Positions 48,804 through 61,115 of a stretch of 64,000 nucleotides of DNA are shown in pieces (position 1 is the stretch's first letter; every line of letters starts with the position of its first letter). The position numbers and the translations under genes are program-made. The notes below the pieces were generated by a model. It was not told the DNA's origin, made no database searches, and worked only from the letters and a program-made list of their open reading frames with translations. The stretch lies in the NCBI GenBank assembly GCA_002104905.1, contig MCFE01000198.1, forward strand, positions 70,308 through 134,307. Reading direction: 5' to 3'. Source of the stretch: Basidiobolus meristosporus CBS 931.73. Taxonomy: Eukaryota > Fungi > Basidiobolomycota.

Positions 48804-51800
48804 TGTTGTAAAAATTTGTAATTCCACCTAAATATTCACCTAACTTAGTCACTTAGATCAATACCTTTGAATCCTACAGAATACTAACCAGATTCCTTGT
48901 TAAAACTTACTTGAATATTTTCACAAAATACCAGATACCTAGAACATGAAAGTTCTCAAAGTTGTCCAAGTAGCCCCAAACTTTGCACAAATGCTCTTGA
49001 GACCTTCCTTGACCTATTTTACATGTTTGTTATGCCAAGACCATGTAAAAGAATAAATACTACTTTTATATTCAATGAATCATCAAGTGAAAACTGTTGT
49101 AAAAACTTGTATTTCCACCTAAATATTCACCCAACTTTGTCACTTAGATCATCACCTTCAAATCCTAGAGAATACTGACCAAATTCCTTGTCAGGATTTA
49201 CTTAGAATATTTTCACCAAAATGCCAGGTATCCAGAATATGAAATTCTCAAAGTTGTCCAAACAGCCCCAAACCTTGCACACATGTTCTTGGGACCTTCC
49301 TTAACCTATCCTACATGTTTTTAATGCTAAGACCAGGTAAAAGTATAAATACTACTTTTACATTCAATAAATCATTAAGTGAAAACCACATAATCTACTT
49401 GTCCTCCCAATCACTTCCAATATCTCCAAGACTCTTAAAACAAAAACCACATAATCTACTTGTCCTCCAAATCACTTCCAATATCTCTAAGACTCTTACA
49501 ACAGGTTATAAGCCCCAAGATGTCACTCTCTGCAATGTCTACAACTGCTATTACTGGATATCATCCCTCTGCTGAAAAGTTGGATGGATCTAACTACCAT
49601 GTGTGGAAGGTGATGATGATGATGCTGCTACAAGAAAGAGGCCTTTGGGATATTGTCATGGGAGAAGAATGCTCTCTTAGAAATGTGGGAGAGGAAGCAT
49701 TAACGTACCAGAAGAAAGAACAAAGTGCCTTTAACTGCATTTGCCTTAATGTTAAGGACAAATTGCTAATTCAATACTCAAGAGCAAAAACGGCAAAGAA
49801 TGCCTGGAAGGCATTAGAAGACACCTATCAGTCATGTTCAGCTGCTAAGAAAATATATCTGAGACAAAAATTCCTTACCACAAAGATGCTGCCAGGAGAA
49901 GAAATGAAAAATCTAATTAACTGAAATACCTTGCTTGTAGATAAATGGAATTGGTGGTTGTACCAATTACTGATGAGGATGTGTTAGTTACCATCATGAA
50001 TAGCCTGACAGACAAGTTCAGGGCCTTGTATCAGCCCTGAAGTCCAGAACTGAAGATTTGACCTTTAACTACATACATGTAAGGCTCCAGGATGAAGAAT
50101 TGAGAAAATCAAGTGCCAATAAGAGGGAAGTAGTAAATGATTTAATAAGCAATGATAACAAAGCAAAGGAGGTACCCAAGACCCTAAAAAGGCAACAGCT
50201 ACCTGTTTTGCAACTACTGCACAAGGAAAGGACACATATCAGACTGGTGTCTCAAAAAGAGAGATAACCAGCAAAAGAAGCCTGAATATGGAAATGCTGC
50301 AACAACTGAAGATAGACTATTCATATCTGCACTAAATATGACCATGAACAAGGATTCTAAGGTATGGTAAATTCACTCTGGATCATCTCAACACTTTGAA
50401 CACCAAAAAAATATTTACCCACTATCAAGAAATTCCAATCAAGAAAGTTCTCATAGGTGACAATAGAACACTTGATGCAGTGGGAGAAGGAACTATCTAA
50501 GTGAACCTAAGAAGCAGTGAAGGAAGCCATACACTGACATTTAAAGAGGTACTTTATGTATGAGAAATAGCCAAGAACCTACTATCTGTAAGCAAGGCCA
50601 CAGCAGAAGGAATCAGTTTTAGCTTTGACACTTCTGGATGCAAGATCACTGATCAAAATGGTGCCAATATTTCTCCCGGTAGCAGAGATCAGAATCTAAA
50701 CAAGTTGACTTATATTCCACCATATTTGGAAGCCAATATAAGTAACTTAAATGAAGAAACATCAATGCTTTTGCCAGGCAATTTGGGCACATAAATTTTA
50801 ATTATTTGCCCAAAATGATCAAAGATCCGCTAATTTCTGGAGTAAAAGTTAATCCCCTAGCTAATTTAGAGCACTCTGAAGCCTGCATATTTGGGAAACA
50901 AGTTAAACAACCATTCAAGAGCACTAGGCTAGTCAAAACTAAGAATAAATTAGATCAAATTCATTCAGATCTGTGTGGAACTATGCAAAATTTATCCTTA
51001 GGTGGGATGAAGTATTTAATACCTTTAGTGATGATTATACAGGATACACATGGATCTACTTCATGGAGAGCAAGGAAGAAGCTCTGTTCAAGCTCAGGGA
51101 GCTTAAAGCCATGGTTACAAGAGCAAATGGTGAAAAAATCAAGAAAATATGCTCTGACAATGGTGGAGAATATACCTCAAACTCTTCATCCACTTCAGCA
51201 AAATTCATGGGATAATGCAAGAGACTACTGTGCCATACTCCCCACAGCAAAATGGAGTAGCAGAACATGCAAACAGAGCAAGAATTGATATGGCAAGATC
51301 AAAGATCTATGATCAAAAATTATCCTATGATTTTTGGGTGGAATTAGGTGCCACTGCTGTATTCCGTAAATATAGGAGTAATAACAGAATACATTGTGAT
51401 TTTACTTCATTTGAAGCATGGTAGGGGTAAAAAGCAAGTGCAGAACATCTAATAATATTTGGGTGTACAGCATATGTCAAGAAACTGCCTAGATATTGGC
51501 CAAATTTGAGCCAAAAAGTGTAAAATGCATACTTTTGGGTTACTGCAATGAGAGTAAAGCATACAGACTCTACAATACCAGAGCAAAGAAGCTAATCAAG
51601 TCCAGTGATGTGTTGTTTGATGAAAATTCAAAATTTTCACAAAAAATGACATCAGATGATGACAAAAATCTGATATCAAGTCCACCAGTTGTCAGGATTG
51701 AATCAGAGCAAAACAATGTCAATTTTTTCCCTCCAGAGGACTCTACAACTGTGGTTCAGCCTGAATCAGAGCCTAGGAATATCCCAGAAGTGATCATTCC

Positions 51801-53830
51801 AGTATCAAATGCCCAGAGATCCAATTGGACAAGAAATAACCCAATTTACTACATCAATGAGGGTTCAAATTTAGACTATGCCTATTCAGTCCATATTAAT
51901 GAGCCCCAGACTGTAAAAGAGGTCCTAAATAGCCCTCAGACAAAGTCTTGGAGATCTGCAATGACTGAGAAATATCACGCCCTGATGGAAAATCAAACTT
52001 GGGACTTAGTCAAGTTACCAAGCATCCAAAAATCAACTAGATGCTGATGTGCCTTCAAGACAAAATACAAGGCTGATGGTACAATTGAAAGATACAAAGT
52101 AAGACTTGTGGCCAACAGATACTCTCAAACAAAAGGACTAGACTATACTGAGACCTTTGCACTGGTAGCCAAGTTTAATTCCATCAGATTAATATTTGCT
52201 ATTGCAGCCAAATATAAGTTTTTATTCATTGAATGAATGTAAAAACTGCATTTTTGAATGGAGAACTTGATGAGGATGTGAATATGAACCAGCCTGATGG
52301 CTTTATTGACCAGGATAACCCCCATTTGGTCTGAAAGTATAAAAAGTCTCTATATGGTTTTAAGCAATACCTAAGAGCCTGGAATTGCAAGATAGATTCT
52401 TATTTGGAATCTCACAGTGTCAAGAGGAGTAATGCTGACTATAGTATATACTATAAGCCAGATAGAGCAAATCCAGTTCCATTAGCTCTATATGTGAATG
52501 ATCTTATCATGGCCACCAATAACCTAGAAACTTAGGAAGAGACTAAATCCAGCCTATCTAAGGAGCTCAACATGTCCAATTTAGGATAACTCAGTTACTA
52601 CATAGGGATTAAGTTCTCCATAGACAGAAATACCCAGGCTATTACCCTAAGCCAATCCAATTTTACTCAAGATATACTAAAGAGTACCAAATCAAAGACT
52701 GTAAATGGCTGCTACCCCAATGGAGACAAACCTTAACTTGGTCAAAACTCAACCCAAATCAAGAGAGCTTGGTGCCATCTGAAAGCCCTGACTTTCCTTA
52801 TCAATCCATGGTTGGCAGTCTGATGTATATCATGCTTGGAACATGTCCAGATATCTCATATCAGTGGGAGTTGTCAGCCAACATAATCTGAACTATGGAT
52901 CTGATCATATTGCAGCAGTTAAGCAGATGTCTAGATACCTAAAAGGAACTGCGGATATCTGCTTAAGATACACTTATAAGGTTTCAGAACAGGACCTTGT
53001 GGGATACTCTGATGCTGATTGGGAACAAAATTTGGAAGACAGAAGATCCACCACAGGATACACCTTTCTTTACTGCCAAGGAGCAATTTCATGGAACTCA
53101 AGAAAGCAACCAACCATAGCACTTTCTGCCACAGCAGCAGAGTAAATGGCAGCCTGTGAAGCTACAAAAAAAGCATTGTGGCTAAGAAAGCATTTTATAG
53201 ACTTAGGCCTATGTCAAAAAACACCTGTTACTTTGTATCAAGATAATCAAGGATATTTACAATTAGGTAGAAATCCAACTTTTCATGCTAGAACTAAGCA
53301 CATAGATATTAGATATCACTTCATACTTGAAGCTAAAGAGAGTAACTTAGTCAGCTTAGTTTACTGTCCTTCAGACAAAATGATTGCTGACATATTTACT
53401 AAGCAATTAGCTAGAGACAAGATTGAATATCTTAGGTGAAAATTAGGACTAGTCAGTATGAACATTTAGCTGAGTGGGAGTGTTGTCAAAAGCTGTAAAT
53501 GCACCTAAATATTCAGCTAACTTAGTCATTTAGAGCATTACCTTCAAATCCTAGAGAATACTAACCAGATTCCTTGCTGGGATTTACTTAGAATATTGTC
53601 ACCAAAATACCAGGTACCTAGAACATGAGAATTTTCAAAGTTGTCCAAACAGCCCCAAACGTTGCACACATGTTCTTGAGACCTTCCTTAAGCTATTCTA
53701 CCTTTTTGTTATGCCAAGACCATGTAAAAGTATAAATACTACTTTTACATTCAATAAATCATTAAGTGAAAAACCACATAATCTACTTGTCCTCCATATT
53801 GCTTCCAATATCTTGAAGACTCTTACAACA
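48804..53830 (+). mobile_element. Full-length degenerate Ty1/copia element C (family 1) inserted in the gypsy protease region
   Basis: 5' LTR 48804-49503, PBS GGTTATAAGCCCC, gag-pol remnants, PPT GCTGAGTGGGAG (53469-53480) and 3' LTR 53481-53830. The TSD is imperfect (CTCTC/TTCTG). Confidence 0.88.
49095..49442 (+). mobile_element. Family-1 solo LTR nested inside the 5' LTR of copia C
   Basis: TSD AAAAC at 49090-49094 and 49443-49447; the host LTR resumes at 49448. Confidence 0.88.
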
Positions 53831-55963
53831 TTCTGATATAATCCATCATATTACTCAGCCAGCAGGGATGAAGATCAATGACTATGAAGAAGACCTACAG
53901 GCCTATATATTTGAGAACTGCAAGTTTGACCTTGTACTTGGAAAACCTGGCTATTTTGTTGTAATCCATCAATCAACTGGAGAACCCATGCTACTCAGGT
54001 TCAGAAGGACAACAAGACCTATGAGCTATTACCTGCCAGACTGGATTTCAGCTTGGTCAATTGCAGTGTGTGTGAAGTGAGCTTAGCAAGACACAGTTCT
54101 GTAGAGCACTTAGCAAAGGCACCCTAATGTTCCTTATGGCAGTATTACTGGAGGATTCCTCTACTTCAGTACCCCAGAAGGTCCAGACTCTTTTCAAGGA
54201 ATATTCAGATGTATTTCCAGATGAGCTTGTAAGCCTACCATGGGTCAGAGATGTATATCATGCCATTGACACAGGAGATAGCCCTCCAGTTAGTGAGATA
54301 CCTTACAGAAAAAGTCCATTGCAATTGGAAGAGATGAGAGACAAATAGATCAGTTATTGGTGTAAGGATATATCAGACCCAGCAAGTCACCTTGGGGAGC
54401 ACCAGTACTTTTTGTGAAGAGGAAGGAGGGAGCACTTAGAATGGGCATTGACTGCAGAGCCCTTGACTCAGTTACTGTGAAAAATAAGTACCCCATACCT
54501 TGGATTGATGAGCTTTTAGACCAACTCAACCAAGCCACTATATTCAGCAAGATTAACCTTATGTCAGGATACAACCAGATTAGGGTGAAGCCAGAAGACA
54601 TCCCTAAGGCAGCATTCAGGACAAGATATGGACATTACAAGTACTTAGTTATGCATTTTGGCCTCACCAATGCCCCTGCAACATTCATGACCCTGATGAA
54701 GACTGTCTTCCAGGAGTACTTAGACAAGTTGATGATAATCTACCTAGATGACATATTGATATACAGCAAGACAGAAGAGGATCACATGGTGCACATTGAA
54801 AAGGTCTTGAAGAAGCTAAGAGAGTACAAACCATACAGCAAGCCAGCCAAGTGTGAATTCTGCAGGGAACACTTTGAATATCTGGAACTCATAGTGACTA
54901 GCACAGGAGTGACCTTAGATCCTAAGAAGGTTGAAGTTATCAAGAATCTGAAGCAGTCCCATAGCATATCAGAACTCAGATCATTCCTTTGAATGGTTTC
55001 CTGTTACTGGAGATTTGTCAAGTTCTTTGCAAGTATTGCAGCCTGTTTAACTGATATCCTCAAGAAAGACAATACCTACAAGTGGGACATAGCTTGTGAG
55101 ACTGCCTTCCAGATGCTCAAGAATGAACTTGTTAGGCTGCCAAGTTTAAGAATACCTGAATTCAGAAAAGAGTTTACTCTGTGCACAGATGCTTCAGATT
55201 ATGTAATTGGTGGAGTGTTGAGCCAAGAACACAAGGGAAAGGACTACCCAGTTGCCTTTGAATACAAGAAACTGAACTCAGCAGAACAAAACTATCCAGT
55301 ACCTGAGAAGGAGATGCTTGCTATAATACACTGCTTGAAGACATGGAGTTGCTATATTGAAGGAGTCAAATGCACTGTGTAGACTGATCATGCCTCCCAT
55401 AAGTATATATTGACTCATAAGGTACTCTCTAGAAGAATGATAAGATGGAATGAATACATTCAGCAATTCAACTTGGAGATTGTCTACTGCCCTGGAAAAA
55501 CAACATGGTTGCTGGTTCCTTATCAAGATTAGAACAAGCTGCACAACTCTACTTGGTGCATGAATCAGATTGGCCTAGCCTATTACCAAAGGACTTGGAG
55601 GACCAAGCCATTCCTAATGAGGTGGATGAGGAGATCAAGAAGATTATCCAGGATGAAGCCAGCAAATTTGTGGTACAGGATGAAACACTCTACCAAGTTG
55701 TTAATGGAAGCCCTATTGCATATTGCCCTCATATTGCTTGCCTGGATTTAATACATAAGACTTGTTCCATTGTACTGTGCCAGGGTGTGTGGTGCAATCC
55801 ACGGTTGTAAAGAACAATTGGGCGCAATATTATAGCTACCAGTAGGCAGCATTGTTCTTGGACAATTTTGCACTATGTGGGACAATCTTGCACACTATGG
55901 CACAATCTGACACAATGAGGTTGGCACGGATGACTGCGCCAACTTGTAATGTTTGCATCACGT

Positions 55964-57034
55964 TGTGGTGGTGTATAAGTCCAAGGGAGAGATACGTCCA
56001 ACACTTCTCAAGTGTTTTGTGTGTGGGGTGTTCACTGGGTGCGATAACCTCTGGCAAAAGCTTGCTAGGAATACTTGGGTTCTGTTTCTAATCTAATGTG
56101 AAGGGGAATAAAGCCACAAGCTTGTCAAGGGAAAACTATTGAGCTACAATCCCCAACTTAGTTGGTGTCTTAACAAAAGTATGTGCTGGGTTCAGCGTCC
56201 TTTGAGATGACAATGTACTAAAGCTTCCAAAGTCAAAACAACTGTAAACTCCACCAGCAGGGACTTGATAAGAATGCAGCTTTGGTCAATAGTTACAAAG
56301 ACAGAAAAGTATCTTTGCCTGTACAAGAACAAACTTGGGAAAGAATCAAATATAATAAAAGATACCTACTCTGAGTATTCCTCACAAGTAGTGCCTCCAA
56401 GGTCAGTTGGCTGTCAGCGCGGTTTCCTGGGAGTGTCCTGTGGTCTAGGGTTGGAAGTTCAGGTAGCAGCAGGTAGCAGTGATCACACTAATCAACAAGT
56501 TGGTATATTGATAAAAGGGATGATGATTTATTGTTGAGGGATAGCCTCCCTTATATACTTTTCTCACTGGCTAAGTGATTACTAATCATGGTGTTCCAGA
56601 AGGTTCCGGAGATCAATAGAAATCTTAATGACATCAGAATGACCTAAGAATGTTCTAAGTAGGTGCCGGAAGGTTCTAAGAGGCACAGCACATCCAACCA
56701 ATCAGGAATCAGTATTCTGAAATCTGTGTAACATGGGGATACCATATATGGTATGGAAATGGCAGGGATGGTGACACAGGCTGATCATGTGTCACGGGTA
56801 CTGGCGCGGGTACTTGCCTAATATAGAAGTACTTATAGCTAGTAATCTTACATAAAGTGAGGGTTAACTTATGCAATAAGGTAAGCAGGTGTGATAGTCA
56901 ACCGGCTTATGGGATAGTACTGATTGGGTAAGACAAATGGGATAAAACTAAAATAAGTGTAGTAGAGATATAGGGAAGTAGAAAATAAGGGAATGAGCAC
57001 ATCTGTCAGTGGGTGTCACTGTCACCCCACTACA
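55964..57034 (-). mobile_element. 1.07-kb solo LTR nested in the PHIS element
   Basis: TSD ACGT at 55960-55963 and 57035-57038; reverse complement of 14734-15793. Confidence 0.9.
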
Positions 57035-57573
57035 ACGTGCGCAATTGGATACCGCTATTATGGCAGGTAAAATCCGGTATTTGGATATGTTTCTTTAATG
57101 TAAATGGAAATAAATGTGTATCACTATAAACTACACTGATACTCACCATTTTGGTTACCATCACTCCAATTGGACGGTATCTCAGTGATTAATTGGTCCA
57201 GAAGTAACCTGAAGCTGGCAGCCCCTAATTGGCTCATTGACTACTAAACAATCTACCTGATTCACCATCAAATATCCCATTTTGCCCATTGAGCTAGTAA
57301 ATCTCTGATCCTGGTGATTGGTCAAGGCGTCATAGCTAGCACGCAAGCAATTGGGTAGGTGCAAAACAGATCCAATAGCTGCACTGGTATTACAGATGAT
57401 GTATATATATGCAGGGTGCTTATTTATAGGGGTTCTGTCTCAAATGTGAGACAACCTTGATATTACTTATATCAAAAATTTGATGATCACTGATTTGCAA
57501 TGGCTTAATTCAGATAGCAAAAAAAATGGGTTGTAGGGATCATTACAAATAATAGCAATTCAAAGCAATTGCA

Positions 57574-58836
57574 TCATCTTCTCCTGGGTTTTTTTCTCAC
57601 AGGGATTACTACTGAAGCATTTGGTAGTGACTTGCTTTGCACACCTATACTACTTCCTGGCTGACTATCATCTTGGCTACTTGTGTATTTGTAGTCAGTA
57701 TTTTGCCTCCTAGTTGATGAGTGCAATACTGCAGCTTGGCCATGCTGAATTGCTCCAACTGAACCAACTGAACCAGCCTGGAGTGCCACATGCTGACACG
57801 TTCTTTTACTTGCCAAGGGCTCTGGTGATTGAGGCACTTCATGTTGGTCATCATCAGTCAGTTCACCAAAAGTAACTTGCTGATGGTCAGACAAAACAGC
57901 ATGTGCAGGCGCAACTTGACGCATTGAGATGGCCCTTGGCTGAGTTCAATGTGATGCTGCATGTTGACGCAACTTGGTCTGCTCCAATGAACTTGTGTCT
58001 AAATGAGCAGTTTGGCAAGTTCTGGTAGTTTTGCTCTGAAGCACATGCATTGACCCAATGCGCATTGACTCAATGCACGTTGACTCAATGCGGGTTGTTC
58101 TGGTAAAGGGTGTTGGTGTAGTCTGGACTGACATGCGCTGGCATGCTGTGGTTGCAAGAGATGGTAAGGAATCCAGCAAGGCATGCTGGCACAATCTGGA
58201 CAATGTTGCTTGCGGTCTGTATTCTTCCTCCTGAAGCTCACCATCTGATTCCTCAAGGTATTCACTTACCCTGTGTTTGATACTTTGGAGCTGTTGCCTG
58301 GATGAGACCTGTGTATATTGCTCTTGGAAGCCACTTAGCTCTACTAATATATCATGTGGTACAGTAGTCATATGAGGCAAAAACCCATTCAAAATCTCTT
58401 TGGTTCCCAAAGTTGAGGCACAAATGGACACGTCCGGCCTGTACTGTGCAAATTGCACACAAAATTGTTCCCATGCGGCTTCTTCATCAAATTCCTTCAC
58501 TCTGAGCTCATTCTTGATTTCAATACTTGTCTTGTTATATTTCTTCTTACATACATTGGCTGGCATCTTGATGTAAAACTCATGCCACAGCTTTCTACTC
58601 AAATTCTTCCATCTTTGTTGACTCACTGGGGTATCTAGTTCTGCTAGATTAATCAGTAGTGCCCAAATATTTGTATGAAGGCTCATCATAGACACTTGGG
58701 CTATACTAAAATCATTTGGCAAGAACTTGAACAGATCCAACATTGACTTTTCTGGTCTGGACCGCGCTTGTGAGCTGGGGGATGGGTTTTGTCTGGGTTG
58801 TACTAAAGATGAGTTGAGACTTGGTATGGGGACCAT
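57574..58836 (-). pseudogene. PHIS accessory gene with a putative Myb/SANT-like domain; one in-frame TGA at 57946-57948
   Basis: ORFs 57946-58836 and 57574-57924 are in the same frame (421 codons in total). The segment RWKNLSRKLWHEFYIKMPANVCKKKYNK resembles trihelix/SANT motifs, and the C-terminus RKKPRRR is NLS-like. The domain call is by pattern only. Confidence 0.7.
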
Positions 58837-59195
58837 AGCAACAGATTTGGATACTTATACAGCAGTATATTGGCATAAACCTGGACTTATATGAAATATA
58901 TATGAAAACTGAAGTGATTGTTGAATTTTCCATATATTATGCATGATGCATCTCAGATCATGTTGACACAGACCAGATCACATCAATTGCAGATTTCCTA
59001 TTTGATTAAAGACCTATGAGTAAAGCATTAATAAAAGTACCAAGGCATTGTTTGCAGATAATTTTTGCAACATAATGATGGGATACATGGTAATTGATGG
59101 AGATTTAATCATAATGCATTAAAAATCAGATAAATAATGTAGATTGCACCAAATCAATTTAAACCACCTCCATACAATCATCCACCAATTTGAAT

Positions 59196-60077
59196 ATGAC
59201 TTGCTCATCTGAATGGTCTTTTCTCATCAATCCCATCACTACCACTGGATTTCCTTTTGACACACTAGAGGGGATCTATTCCAAGTACTATGGACCATCT
59301 ACCTCAATCTACTCAAGGAGATCCCTTGTTAAGCTTTTCTGCTATTACAAGAACTATTGCCCTACAAGCTTTCATCCCAACATCCATGGCAACAAAAGTC
59401 CTAGAAGCTTTCAATCCCAGCTGACAGCAATGGAGAACCACCTTGCTGAGTGTATGAATGACTTAGAGCAAGCTTGGAATACTAGGTTCAGAAGCTCCAA
59501 TAGACTTCCATATCCCTGAGTGTTCAGCAACAGGTTCCATATCCGGAGTATCTTGGATGCCTTCCCAGTGAGGATTAACAGACCTTCTAGAGGACAGGGG
59601 CACTTTTATTCCAGCAAGCACAAGGCACACTGTGTGAAGTTTCATGCACTGTCTGACATTGAGGGTAGCATCATCTGGTTTAGTGGGCCATTTGCTGGAA
59701 GTAGGCATGACAAAGCACTCTGGGTAGAGAATCATCCTGAATTCAGTAGAGGAGAGAAATGTATGGCAGACTTAGCCTATATAGGAGAGGATTGTCACAG
59801 ATTAGGTTGTATTACAGCTGATAGGAAGCCAAGGAATGGTGTGCTCAGCAGGAAGCAGCAGCTCTACAATGAGATATTTAATCATTTCAGAGTGAGGGTA
59901 GAGCACACACTTGGATATCTGAAGAGATTCAGCATACTGGCAGGTAAATACAGAGGAAAGTCATATATAGGAGAAAACGGCAGAATAGGTAAAATAGTTA
60001 AGATACCTATTAATGCACAGTATGCTCATACAAGAAGACATCCACTGAGAGAAATGTGTCTGGAGCATTATGAATAG
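59196..60077 (+). pseudogene. DDE_Tnp_4 (Harbinger/IS5-like) transposase; one in-frame TGA at 59517-59519
   Basis: SILDAFPVRINRP (D), HFYSSKHKAHCVK, SGPFAGSRHD, MADLAY (D) and NHFRVRVEHTLGYLKRF (E). The two ORF-track pieces are in frame. Confidence 0.88.
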
Positions 60078-61115
60078 TAAATAAAGCAAGGAAAGCACTA
60101 TTTGGAGCAACATAAGTAAGATTGAGTAAAATTACCAGTAACTGTATCATACCACTGGCATCATGGTAGAAGATATAGTGCCAGATAGTGCTGTAGGGTG
60201 CAGATCAATCCGGCACTATCAACAGGCTGGCACTATGTGGCACTATCCAACAGATCAAGTCTATAAGCTTCACAATGGATATGCACATCTTGAAACTGAA
60301 GGAACCTCTAGCCTTGAGAAAACCAGAGCATGGTGGCCCAGAATGAAACAAGACATTGAGAAGCTAGTGAAAACATGCCCAAATGGCCAAATCAACCAAG
60401 GTCAACCACAGTGAACTGCTGAACTCTTTTGCTTAGAGCCTGTAAGACCATTTGAAAGATGGGGAATTGACTTATTGGAAGACTGCCAACTACCAGGAAA
60501 TGCAACTGTTGGATCCTAGTAGCAATTGACCATGCAACTAAATGGCAAGTGGCTAATGCAGTACCTGTAGCCAGTGAAAAGAAGTTGCAAGTTTCATCTA
60601 CCATAAGATCCTTATGAAGTTTGGGTGCCCAATAGAGATTCCATCCAAAAGAGGAGCAAACTTTATAGCAAAGGCATTGCAAGCTTACCTGGAAATGCTG
60701 CACATCATACACTTGAAAACCTTGGCATATCACCCTAGAGCTAATAGAGTCACTGAGCAATTTAATGGGCTATTTGGAAAAATGCTGACCAAGTATGCAA
60801 ATGGAGCTATCAGTAGATGGGATGAGTATATAGACCAAGCACACTTTGCATGCAGAGTAAAAATACACAACACCACCCAACAATTGCCATTTTACATAGT
60901 GTATGGATGTGAACCAAGGATTCCAGGAGATCTCACACAACCAAAGCTTACAGAAACCTTAGAAGATGAACTTGGTCAGCCAAGTAGACACCCGCAGCTG
61001 GAACAGAGTTGTCAAGAAGCACAGGCCAAAGTATCTCAAATGCAGAAAAGATGAATCAGAGAATTGATACAACTATATCACCAGAATCATTGACAGTTGG
61101 ATGGAAGGCTCCTGG

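Larger units (their letters stand above)
55758..60262. mobile_element. Autonomous-type PIF/Harbinger (PHIS) DNA transposon inserted in gypsy pol
   Basis: AGACTTG..CAAGTCT ends; TSD ATA at 55755-55757 and 60263-60265. Removal restores gypsy DLIHKLHNGYAHL. Encodes a divergent Myb-like ORF and a DDE_Tnp_4 transposase. Confidence 0.9.
47270..61115 (+). mobile_element. Ty3/gypsy element, split by copia C and the PHIS element, 3'-truncated
   Basis: LTR ~47270-47637 (start uncertain) and PBS TGGTAGCAGC at 47639. gag (LGTWLFQIEE; YLTDAALQWY), degenerate CCHC, protease MIDSGA, RT (YLDDILIYS), RNase H (TDASDYVIGGVLSQ) and integrase (WWPRMKQDIE; ANRVTEQFN), in PR-RT-RH-IN order. Confidence 0.88.

Noticed and set aside
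49382-49503. Apparent ~60-bp tandem duplication at the LTR end
   Set aside because: Explained by a solo LTR nested in the host LTR with TSD AAAAC.
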